A DNA stretch of 64,000 nucleotides from Enoplolaimus lenunculus (taxonomy: Eukaryota), in NCBI GenBank assembly GCA_030248215.1, contig JASANG010002537.1:372001-436000 (forward strand), read 5' to 3'. How positions within the stretch are numbered: position 1 is the first letter of the stretch; each line of letters begins with the position of its first letter. Under the pieces are notes generated by a model, which saw only the letters and a program-made list of their open reading frames with translations, ran no database searches and was not told the DNA's origin. The translations under genes were made by a program, and so were the position numbers. Of the stretch, positions 52,864 through 64,000 are shown one piece after another.

Positions 52864-53355
52864 CAAGGGCGTCGCTAGGATTTCAGTTCAGGAGGGTTTA
52901 ACGTCAGTAAAAATCTTCTATGAACTGTGGGATCCTGAAATTAACTTTAAAGTCTAATGTGCTTTTTCTTGTCTGTATATAAATTTCGAAGGGGTACAAA
53001 CTTCATCTTTTCCAATCTATGCGTGTCTGATTATTACCCAAAATAACTCCTGTAACCTTAATTACGCTCGTTAAATCATAGTACAGAAATATTTGACTTA
53101 ATTTAGGGTAGGTATGTCTTCTTTTGTGTATGATCCAAAAAATCGTTACTTTAACATGCGTTTTCTGTATGAATATTTTCTATTTCATTTACATTTAATT
53201 TCAAGCTATGTTTCGTATCAATATGCCCTCGGTTGGGAGGCTTTTTACTATCATGACTTGGCTAGAAACGCTCGACTCTCAAGCGCGAGGGGCTGTCACG
53301 ACTTGCGGACATACTTACGCAACGCATTTGTGTATTAACCATTTTATTGCACGTA

Positions 53356-53833
53356 CTGTAGTGACCCGAATAACAGTGGGGGACTGATATTTATTCAGCC
53401 TCTCGAGAAGGTACCTCCATGTTATTCGGTTACGGACTGTTATTTATTTTCACCCCCCCCCCCCCTCCGCCACCCTTCGTTACTGATATATATATTCGTT
53501 ATTGCAACTATCCATTGAATTAAACGTTTATTTGTCTTGTGTAAATAGCTTGAGCGATAATGCAATGTTATACTTAGAAATGTACTTTCAAAACTTAAAT
53601 ACGCTTTAAAGTTTGGAACTCACGTTTATGCGTCATCCACTTTATCTTGCGCCCGCCGTCTAGAAATTAGACACGACTTTCTCCAAGTACGGTTTTGTAA
53701 AATGCTAGCAACGGGAAATTGAGAAAATTAAAATATGTTGAGTGGTAACTTGAGACATTTTATGAACCGTATATGGAATTGGAATTTTGCGTTACAAATT
53801 ACTAGTAGCGATTTTAAAAATTGTAGTAATGGG
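53356..53833 (-). mobile_element. Inverted copy of the 3' part (41065-41540) of the composite element
   Basis: Near-identical reverse complement over about 477 bp, including the non-MITE filler (GCGTCATCCACTTTATCTTGCGCCCGCCGTCTAG...). Confidence 0.88.
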
Positions 53834-56741
53834 AAACGGAAACAGTTTTTAAAACAGATTGGTAAATTGATGAGATTTTTGGTGCCAAAAAGAACATTAA
53901 AATGGCCCGAAAACTGTAGTGGAAAATGTAGGATCAAAACTATTGTTCAATTTCCCTTTAGATGTATATAAGAGAAATGGGAACAGTGAAATTGGAATTA
54001 CAATGAAATCCGGAAACCATATGGTAGGTCTGACCTAGACTGACCTCAATTTGATCTAGACACACAATAATACAGCCAGATGTGAGTACAGTAGAGTCTT
54101 ATGTCCTACAAGTTTGTACCGGAATAGGAATCGAAACAGCAAGTTAATAAATAAGCTTTGTCTTGAGAAAATGCAATGCTTTACATTGGCCAGGTATGAA
54201 ATGTTTCAAAACTTAACGTTTTCCACCTGCGCATCCCCCCACCAGAAAATTCTGGATCGACCGCTGGTAGGCGTCGGCAACGGCAAAAATTTTGGCATCG
54301 GCCATCCCAACAACCTTGAAAGAAATATTCGGATATTTAGTTATTTTTGAAGCAGAACAGGACTAAGCAGCAAGTTATGAATAAGCTTTGTCTTGAGAAA
54401 ATACAACGTCGATAAAAGTTGTATCATAGTTAAGCATGGTGACCTAAAGTGAGAATCGGAATCGAGATCGTCAGTATCGGCAAAATTTCAAAATAAGGAT
54501 TAGCATCGGCATCGGCAAAAATTTCGGTATCGGCCATCCCTAATTCTTACGTCTGTATCCTCCGTAAAAATGTCTGCTGTAGAGCCTGTTGCCTATTTAA
54601 TATTTTTTACAATATTTCAGTGTCTGCTACGGCTTTATTCCCTACAAAATTGTTTGCGGTGATCAGAAATATGCAAATTATCGTCACGATATGCAAATTG
54701 TCACGATATGCAAATTATTACTTAATACATCATAACTACTGACGATCTAGTTCTATGGCTTCTGCTGGTTTATTGTTTACTTTGATCGCTTTCAATTGGT
54801 TCATTGTTACGTTTATCATCTTAAGATTTACTGTGTTCTTGCGGATTACTATATCTTCGCTATTAGTGCACGAGAGTATCGCTATCATCGCTGGCATTCA
54901 TCAGAACTGCGAGTAGATGAGTACAAGTGTTGCACGACTATTCTGAACGAGTGCGAAGCAAATACTCCGCGCAATAATGGCAGTTCCCGAGTGCTTTGAA
55001 GACGTCGAAATGACGCTACTTGTGTAACACATCTGGCTCATCGCCACTTGACGGGCGTTCATATCTATCTCCGAAGGTCGCACGCCGTTTTACGACTTGC
55101 ACCACGGAGTTTCTGCCAGAACATTTCAAGTTTATTTTTCTAAATTCCAAATGTATATATGTTTTATGGTATAACTCAGTAATGGCGACATTATGAAAAT
55201 CAGATTATTTTGCATACCAATTGAAGTTGCTAATGGTAGCTTTACAGTTAGTTTGTTAGTTGTTACTGTAAAATAGTGTTGTGTTACTGTTTTACTAATT
55301 TTGCTTGCATTGCTTTCGACGTATATAGTAATGGATTCTCTATCGGATAGTGAAGAGGTAGAACTGTCGTATAGTCAAACTTAGAACCCAGTTTGGATTC
55401 TGACGAGCGTTTTGACAGTGTTACTTACGATCAAATATTCGAATTTTGCGAGCGCTAAACCTCGCAATACATAGAAAACATCAAATGATGCGTTACAATT
55501 TTTTTCTTTCGTGTCCCGCCTTTATTAAGCATAACAGCTCCGATATTGATGTTTGTTCCACACAATTTGTTTCTTGTGTCACGCAGAAGATGGTAAGTTT
55601 TACATACCATATTTTACGACTGTTTTGCGTTGTACGTCAACTATACAGAGTGCAAGCCGCTTCAATATTTAGTACATGAGTATCTTTCTGATGACTCCTA
55701 TGGTCAAGTGTTGATAGTATTAAGACACGATGGCATGAGTGGCTTCTATTGTTTTATATGCTGGTTCTAATTATTATTTGATTTGAGACTACTCGTTTAG
55801 CAAACGCGACATTAGACATGAGGCTCAAATTGATTCATTTGTTAGTGAAAGTCTTAAACTTTCACTCCGCAGCTTTAGTCAATTAAATTGTTCTGTTTTG
55901 TTCTAGAATGTGACTACGCTCGTATAAAACATCTCACTTTTGTTCGCAGCTGTTTGCGTAAATGCTTTTAATTCGTTAATAATGTTAATTAACCATTTGC
56001 GTAATATACCTCTTTTCTAGAATATACAAACTTGAAGTAAACATAGCATACGTATTCTATTTACTATTTGTCCACTTGTTTTAAACGGCGGCCTTCAGGA
56101 CCGTCGCCACGAACCAAAAAATGCCCATTTTTCTCCTGGAAATCGCGAACCCAATATTGGTCACTATTATAAAATTTACTTCGATCTAACTCTAAGAGAC
56201 TGTCTTTTTACTTAAACCTTGACAATCTTATACGTGTCGGGAAGCAGGTATTTCCGGTTGTTAGGTGCAATGCATGCCAAGTTCTTTTTATACTAATGCT
56301 GCTAGTTGTTAAAAAACATAGCTCGGTCTTGCGTTTTCCGGAAATATAAATTCTTCTGAATTGCGATGCGCCAAGGGCGCTGTACAAGACGAGTGAAGCG
56401 AGACGAGGCCAGCGCACGAGGTTATTGCTATCATCACACGCATTATAAAATACGCATCGTGCTCGTTCAAAATCTCCTCGTAGCATTTCAAGCAAACGCT
56501 CGTGCTAAACTTGTGCAACGCACTCGTCCTGAAATGGCATTGAAACGTATATGGCACTTCTATTCTTGAGCTCGTTACTCTGCTAGCTAAAACTATTTCT
56601 AGTTTTGTACAGTTCTTTTGACACCGATACACGCCAGTCGCAGTTGATGCGTCTTTTTCCTTTATATCTAAACAGCGGACTCATTTAACGTCCAAATACC
56701 GTAAACCTTCTTCTTCACCACATTATTTTGTTGGGAAATTT

Positions 56742-56925
56742 TTGTCTGAGATCGCCAATCTTGGCTATTTTGGTTCAGGTTATACAAACCATTCTGGTAA
56801 AACAACGGTTGCAACTCAATTATACAACGCAAACGTTGATGAACAACTGATTACTGAACGAACTGGACACTCACCTAGCGTTGTTCAAAAGTACAAACGG
56901 GCATCCGATACCCAAGTGATACAGT
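56742..56925 (+). pseudogene. Crypton/DUF3504-type tyrosine recombinase C-terminal relic
   Basis: Translation GYTNHSGKTTVATQLYNANVDEQLITERTGHSPSVVQKYKRAS matches the TNHS..(R/K)...AT.L....V.EQ.I...TGH.S.....Y.R pattern of animal Crypton/DUF3504 proteins. No intact upstream frame is visible. Confidence 0.75.
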
Positions 56926-58959
56926 TTTCTTTGTGTCGCTCAAGGGTGTTGCTCACCCCGCAACATGACGTTATTATTACTATTTTCTTGTGTTTTGCTT
57001 GCAACGTTTTCAACAAATTTTGACCTTCTGTTGAACTATTGCACTGTTTACATCTTAACGCACGGTATCTAAAGTTGTCGAGCCACCGCAATGCAAGCGA
57101 TTTATGAAACAAACGGACAGCGATAATTTTGATAACGATCAAGAATCACATTACGACAATCAACAAAACAGGTATCAGTCTGATACAATGATGCATGCGC
57201 TAAGTAGTTCCAACATCAGTGATTTGTTTGATGAACAACTAAGAACATCTTTCACTCCTACTGCGGTGGAATTGAAGGCACCTTATGCAAACAGAGGCTC
57301 GCCTTGACCGGTTCGCAAAACGCGAAATGCCTCCGCAGTATGTTTTCTAATCGTTCGTGCAATTTATGACACTAATTCTTGCATCGTACTGGCTACTCGC
57401 AAACATAAATATGTAATATTTGCTTTGCAGTATCTAAAATTTTCTGCAACACCATTCTGTCAACGCTTCGTCGTGTGCACGTGTTATTGTAATAACAACT
57501 GTAATTACACAACTAGTTTGGGTTCTTTATTTCACTTTTATGGACAGGACCTGAAACTTTAAAATAACACCCGATCATGATAACACCGATGAATCTTTTA
57601 GGAAGAAATGCTTATTCTAACCTTTGGATAAAGCTATAAATCAAAAGTAACATAGAAACTTAAGTCAAAATCCCAGGTATGATAGGTGTACGAGCACAAT
57701 CACTTTCTTTTCAGTTGCTTGAAGCTCGCTTTTCCAAAGTTTAACGTCGGTATGGGGTTTATGATATTTTTAGTTCGACATCAAGCATCTTTTCTCCATC
57801 TTTTAGCTTTATAGTTTAACCAAATTCGACGCCGATGTCAATGAAATTTTATCCTCCCAAATTACTATATTTCCTCTTGGCGATGCCCACAACCTGTATT
57901 GCAAAGCTACTCATAACTCCACGAAGAAAGAACGCGCAACTAAAAATTTTCAGGGATTCCTGCATCGAACAATATCCCATTATTTTTCTTTTGTTACTAT
58001 TCGCGTAAGAGCTATTTGTACGTCAGGTTGTTACATTAGTTCTTTTTGGGATTGCTAATGTTTAAATAAAAATTTCGCTTTACTCAACTTGCACTATACG
58101 ATACTGCCCATCGCATTCTTTAACATCTACCATCGTTTAACTACAACAAAGATGAAGTCTTGAGGAAATAAGCAATTTTGACTAAAATTTTGGTGACCGC
58201 GACATCACTTGGTGGATATACAAAAACCTTGGAACGAAAAACGTATATATAAATCGCTCGGAATAGAGTCAATTAAAAATAGTGTCATGAAAGAAAATAC
58301 AAGATTTTTTGCGGGTTTACACCATAATTAAAATGAAAACCTAATAAAAATTTGCAGATAAGAAGTTGTCAAAGACAACATTTAATAAACTATTAGTAAA
58401 AGTGCAGCATCTTTTCCGCCACTTCGTTAGCAGCTTTTGATGTTTTGTTAAATACAGCAAAATATAGTTTTATGCCATAACCGAAATAGTGTTCGCGTGT
58501 TTAATATTTTGTGTGCTAGAACATAGTATTGTTAACATGAACCGGTTTAACCTATGTTATCACAATTGAAAAGTGTACTCTACAGATTTGTTTTGGGTGT
58601 CTGCTTTTTGATGTGCTGTAATTTCGTATGACATCTTACGATCAGGTTAAACTGAATAAAACGGTAGCATCCTACGCTAATAACAGTTCGTTTCCTATAT
58701 ATTGCTTATTGATGTGAGCTTGCTTGCTAAGTTGGATGATAAATTTTTCCTCCCTTGGCCTTAATCCTGACTTTTGGTGCAGCTTACAGTGAGCGAAACG
58801 GACGTCCTCTCGACGCTGTGGTAACAACCTCCTGTTGGGCTGTGTTACCAGAGTAAAGATACTGAATGGCTGACGAATGTACTACAGCAGCAGCTATGCC
58901 AATAGTTTGTTTCTAACTTAGCATTCCAACCTTTTGAATTATAATTTAAACTATAACGC

Positions 58960-59195
58960 TGGGCTTACTTAACGTCTGAACTGTATTAGCCTTGTGGTTA
59001 AACGGGTTCACATAAAAATATCAGTGCCATAGTAAAGTGGGCTTACTTAACGTCTGAACTGTATTAGTCTTGTGGTTAAACGGGTTCACATAAAAATATC
59101 AGTGCCATAGTAAAGTGGGCTTACTTAACGTCTGAACTGTATTAGTCTTGTGGTTAAACGGGTTCACATAAAAATATCAGTGCCATAGTAAAGTG
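58960..59195. repeat. 78-bp tandem repeat x3
   Basis: Units start at 58961, 59039 and 59117 and are nearly identical. Confidence 0.95.
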
Positions 59196-60625
59196 ACTGA
59201 GCTTTACAACTATTATGTAATCAAATTATGGAACATTCTTTATAACTCCAAGCATCTTAATGGTTTTAAAAAAATTTCGATCCTGGGTATAGGTATATAG
59301 TTGCGGACATTTTCCAACAACGTGTGTATTGCACACAAGCAAAATATATGAACACTGTTAATGCATAACTACTATGTTATCAAAATTCTAGTCCACAACT
59401 TTCTGCGTCAGTTTCGAATGCATGGTAGTTATAGCACGGTCCTTAATCTTAGGAGCCGTTGTACAATATAGAATGTATTTGTACACGTATATACTACAAC
59501 CAAAGTCATATCTATAGGCGTGCGTATCAGTAAGACTTTAAAGTTTAAATGGGCTAGTGGAAAAGATGTCTGATGTTGATGCCAATGGTCTAGGGTTCTT
59601 AGTTAACCTTTTGCTTCACAGTTTCATTTGTATCAACCGCAAAGTTTAGAAACTTAAATTCTCGAAAAAATATAGGCACTTTTTCGTGTAACTTTCTCCA
59701 TTCCGGCAATGGAAAATACCTTCCCCACGAATCGTCCATGCATAGCTAAGGGTCGTGACAGCAATGTAAGCAAATTAGTAAGTCTGAGTCTAAGTCAGTG
59801 ATTGACAATTTCGTTTTAAACACCGAAATTTTGTATCAAAATGAACGGAAATTAAAGTTGAACACACTTATCTCCGAGATCCATATTCGATCTTTGCACG
59901 GGTTGACGTACATCCAGCACCTAAAACAAAATTGTTTAATCTAAATTGTATGAATATAATAAAAGTAATTAATTGACTGTTATGCTCTAAAAGCAAAATT
60001 TAGAGCCTCAAAAAATATTTACAGGTTACAATCGGGGTGTAAAGCAAACGGATTGTGATCAAAATAACTGAACGAAAAATAAATGTAATGTTTGAAAAAA
60101 TGTACCTTTTATGTTCAAAGTTTAGGTGAAATAATCAGCAGAAATAATTATATTTCATGACCGAAAAATCTATTACGAATTGTCTCCCATGTCTTACCGA
60201 GGGGCGAACTATTTTTACGCAAAATTGCAATAATAATCTTACCTTGTATTTTCATAGCGAAAAGATATTTCGAGTTTTACGAGAAGTACACATCCACTTG
60301 CAATCTGGTTACATTAGTAATCTCCGAGATTTAGCTATTAAATAAAGCCAGTTTCTCGATACACAGTGTTACAGCTGTGTCATTCAGGTCCGTTGTTGTT
60401 AACTTCAAGCATCTCGATTGGTTTGGTTTCTACTTTCTACGAACAACGAACTGGATACTGAATTATTTCTTTGTTACTATCGGTATCAACACTAGATGTC
60501 GTTCAAATGGGCAAACATATAATGAATAAATGAGGGTCAAATTTCAATCATTATCTTACGTACCAAGATTCGCTTTGTACTCTGAATATAACCAACGTAT
60601 ACGGTTAACTATTTGATTTTCCTAC

Positions 60626-60707
60626 CGCCACCAAACCACTGCTAGCGTATTTGTGAGAAATTTGCGCGCCACCAAACCACTGCTAACGTATATGTGAGAA
60701 ATTTGCG
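60626..60707. repeat. 41-bp tandem repeat x2
   Basis: CGCCACCAAACCACTGCTA.CGTAT.TGTGAGAAATTTGCG occurs twice. Confidence 0.9.
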
Positions 60708-60792
60708 GTGTAGCTTGTTTATGTTCAGGGTGTGTAATGTTAAGACACATACATACTCGTGCACATATATCACCAAAGGAAATTATGATCTC

Positions 60793-60865
60793 GGCCGCGT
60801 GGTGTAATGGGTAGCGCGCTTGACTCGCGAGCGAGAGATCGGAGGTTTGATACCCGGCGTGGCCA
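60793..60865 (+). pseudogene. Degenerate tRNA (anticodon CGC, Ala-like) or tRNA-derived SINE head
   Basis: Acceptor stem GGCCGCG/CGTGGCC, A box TGGTGTAATGG and anticodon loop CTCGCGA are present. The B box is GTTTGATACC (TTC to TTT) and the T and anticodon stems have mismatches. Confidence 0.7.
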
Positions 60866-61708
60866 TATCTTTCGAAGAATTTAAGGGGAAAACCAATTAT
60901 ATTCGTAGTACTTTGGGGAAAGGGGTCGTCCCGACCGTGCAGTTCTGACAGTATATATGTATGCTCTCCGCATAATTCAAAAGTTTTCCAACATTGAACA
61001 ATTTACATGGTCTGCGTTACGAATCTCCGCCGTTCTTTACGAGTAATTTTTTTGCTTGCGACGTTGACAATTTAAGATTGGACTTAGCACAATTCTGTAT
61101 CTATTTCAAAACATTAATTATGTGTTTCGGCTGAGCGCTTGTGAGCTTTTGGAAACATACTTCAACAACTTGTAATGTTCCATCGTGTGGCAGCAACGCC
61201 AATAAGTTTAGTTGAAACTGTTCTATTTTAAAGGCTTTTACTTGAAATTTGTTAACATTCAATTACGCGCTGTATAATTCAATAATACATCAAAACTGGC
61301 AATTATGCGATAATACATATTAACGCTTTACGGAATGCATATCGATTTAAATATGTTGAGTGTTTTTTGCTAAAAATGGAACAAATGGTCCATGTTTCAT
61401 TTTATAAAACGCAAATCGCAAGGAACATACATAGTAAGCCATAGAGAGTTTGCTAAGTACAAACCGTATACGCAAAAACAATACGCAATTCGCAGTGTTA
61501 GACAATTGTGAGAGCTCTTCAGACACAAGTGTCCCAACGACTGGTTACGCTAATTGCGACGGTAGTAGGAGTTTGAGGTTCGAGTAGCAAACACCCTGAA
61601 ATTAAATGTTATATGAAACAGAATATATTTATGTTGGAAAAGGGTTTCATTTGAGCGCGATTTGCGCTTTTACAAAATCTCTATTTCAATTTTTGGTTTT
61701 TGGACAAT

Positions 61709-61995
61709 GCCGGACGGGTGACGGACGGCGCCGGACGGATGGCGGACGGCGCCGGACGGATGGCGGACGGCGCGGACGGATGGCGGACGGCGCCGGACGG
61801 GTGACGGACGGCGGCGGACGGGTGTGGGCCGGCGCCGGACGGATGACGGACGTCGCCGGACGGATGGCGGGCGCCGGACGGATGGCGGACGTCGCCGGAC
61901 GTGTGACCGGCGGCGGACGGGTGTGGGACGGCGCCGGACGGATGGCGGACGTCGCCGGACGTGTGACGGGCGGCGCACGTGTATAGCACCCCCAT
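61709..61995. repeat. GC-rich ~21-bp minisatellite (GGACGGCGCCGGACGGATGGC)n ending in a MITE-like terminus
   Basis: About 13 degenerate units, followed by GTATAGCACCCCC, which resembles the 14894-15043 TIR. Confidence 0.9.
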
Positions 61996-62188
61996 TAGAC
62001 CTCAGCATTAAGTAAAGTCATGTTGTAATAATTCGTACCTCTTTCGTTTTGTGACGTTACTTATTATTTTGTGTTTTACACGTGACATTTGCGCTTAGAA
62101 ATAGCTTCAATATTATCGATTAATTGTTTTTAACCCTGTTGGGACGTTGGCGAAACTTCAAGAATTGGTGCATATTGCACTCACCAGA

Positions 62189-62681
62189 ATGGTTATCGCT
62201 AACATTTTCCTACTGACTTTGGTAAGAATACTGTGTCATGTCTAAACTATCATAGGTTAAAGTTGCACTGAAAGTTGACAAATTAGAAGTACTTAGCTTG
62301 GTGACAAACGGGTATTAACTTAAACTAAAAGCTCCTTAGCCATCTGAACCTATAAAAGTAAAGAAGTCAACAAATTCCGTGAGAAATTGATAGAATAATC
62401 AACTTTTTTCTTAAGCGCAGGTGTTAAAAAATTAAATATCCATGCAGTTTATAACGCCGCAGACAGTATTTTGGTTGTAGAGCAGGGTCGCATCAAATAC
62501 GCTCGGTTAACATTTTTCACAACGGCTAAATTTCAGGGGCTTCATCGTCTGACAGCTACAAATTTATTCAACAAGCAACAATGTAGAGATTGCTTTGAAT
62601 CCGATATTATACTGAATCAAGAACAAATAAATTATATAGCAAATCAACGCGAAGGCCAGTTTTATGCCTCATCATTACCAG
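62189..62681 (+). CDS. Third astacin paralogue C, 5' part only (exons 62189-62221 and 62537-62681); presumably continues beyond the window
   Basis: 33-bp first exon MVIANIFLLTL|GTAAG, the same size as in A and B. Phase 0/1 second exon GLHRLTATNLFNKQQCRDCFESDIILNQEQINYIANQREGQFYASSLPG aligns with [25 protein letters not shown] of gene A. Confidence 0.8.
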
Positions 62682-62809
62682 GTACTACTTAAAATAAGAG
62701 TATGCAACTAGTTGGAAATCAAATAAGAGCAAATATCAGATACGTCCGTTCATTATCCACAAAAATATATTTATACTTTGTATTCGAACGAAATAAATGA
62801 AACGTACGT

Positions 62810-63888
62810 AAACTAGAAGTTAAAGTGGCCCGATAGGGCCATGAAATAAGAATATGTTTCCAAACCAAACCAGAAGAAATTTGTAAAGTGTAGAAACAAG
62901 TTGAAATAAATTTTTCTTTTTGAGCTAATTGGTAGTCAAATGGCAAAAATTCGCTAAATCCTGCTGAACATGTGGTATTTGCAACTGAAACATATTCGCT
63001 GTGTTGAACAATAATGCTACGTGTGCATACAATTTGGACGGATCATAGTAATTGGTTCCGTCCTTGAACTGTCTTCGTCAAAAATTCTAAACACAGAACT
63101 TTCCATTTTTTACTGCAGGCATCAATCATTAGATACAATTAGAGCGCTAAAAATGTTACTAATTAAATTCAAAATTATACGAAGGGCTTGAACCGGATAT
63201 ATATCCATTTCATAAAATCCGATGTCCATTTGCGTTACAAAAATACCGAAAATTTAGCTGTTTGTATGATCAAAATTAGTTCTAAATGAACTCCAAATCG
63301 TGAAAATTTATCGCTACGTATAGGCTGCATTTGTTCCGTAAATAATCAAAATAACGAAAATCATCCAAAACTAAAAATTTATTAGAAACCTCGGTGAATA
63401 TTTACCGTTATTTTGTTTTCGTTATTTTGGTCATTATCCGTTTTCTTTTCACTTATCTTTTTCACAAACGTTTAGCATACGGTGAAAAAACGGCAGTCCG
63501 GCGACAACAAACTTTGCCTTAGCCAGACGTGAAACAGAATTAGGGATCAAAATGATTTTAAGTTTACCGTCAACTGAACTTTTCAAAACTGGTTTAAAGT
63601 TACATGCCTGGCAAAATTCTACCGGAACCGGAGGTCGTTTTTCGCCAATGTCGGAAGTATTTATTGAATGGTTTTCTGGTTTGCACTATGTAAAAGCAGC
63701 GAATATGTTTCAGTTGCAAATACCACATGTTCAGCAGGATTTAGCGAATTTTTGCCATTTGACTACCAATTAGCTCAAAAAGAAAAATTTATTTCAACTT
63801 GTTTCTACACTTTACAAATTTCTTCTGGTTTGGTTTGGAAACATATTCTTATTTCATGGCCCTATCGGGGCACTTTAACTTCTAGTTT
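62810..63888. mobile_element. Two near-identical 192-bp Helitron-like 3' ends in inverted orientation (62810-63001 minus; 63697-63888 plus)
   Basis: The arms differ at about 1 position. Each ends in a GC hairpin (TGGCCC-TATC-GGGCCA) followed by CTTTAACTT-CTAG|T. Confidence 0.7.
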
Positions 63889-64000
63889 CAAACCTTTACA
63901 AGACCAATTTTTAAATACCGACGCAAAGCGGTTGAATCAGTATCTGACAATTATCCTAATCACTCGCGTATAATTTTCAACTTTAAATTTACTAACATGA

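Noticed and set aside
58960..59195. Possible CRISPR-like array
   Set aside because: The units are contiguous and identical with no unique spacers, there are no cas genes, and the context is eukaryotic.
61606..62015. Four overlapping Arg/Gly/Pro-rich ORFs
   Set aside because: They are stop-free frames of a GC-rich minisatellite.
62719..62946. Duplicated ORF PFDYQLAQKEKFISTCF... (also 63668-63973)
   Set aside because: The shared peptide only reflects the 192-bp inverted repeat. No coding hallmarks.

Overview
AT-rich, intron-containing animal genomic DNA, most likely a nematode. That is an inference from pervasive TTAGGC telomere-type repeats and a reticulon with RET-1-like motifs (VLDVIYWRD ... 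EEKLPFL). Reading splice sites by hand gives: (1) a complete 6-exon reticulon gene on the minus strand (6062-10456), with a candidate alternative upstream first exon; (2) two tandem 3-exon gustatory-receptor (GR/7TMIC)-like genes on the minus strand (21455-24416, 27206-30033); (3) a tandem plus-strand cluster of secreted astacin metalloproteases, two complete 7-exon genes each ending in two ShK domains (34940-42462, 45176-52863) and the first two exons of a third (62189 onward). Introns and intergenic DNA are dense with non-autonomous elements. These include a GG-ended, 8-bp-TSD MITE family carrying TTAGGC arrays, TA-TSD MITEs, a TTAA/piggyBac-type MITE enclosing a tRNA-like Pol III promoter, two inverted Helitron-like 3' ends, a Crypton/DUF3504 tyrosine-recombinase relic, a degenerate tRNA/SINE head, and micro- and minisatellites. 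Most ORFs in the supplied track are spurious. No CRISPR, rRNA or prokaryotic features were seen. All family assignments are from motif recognition, not database searches.
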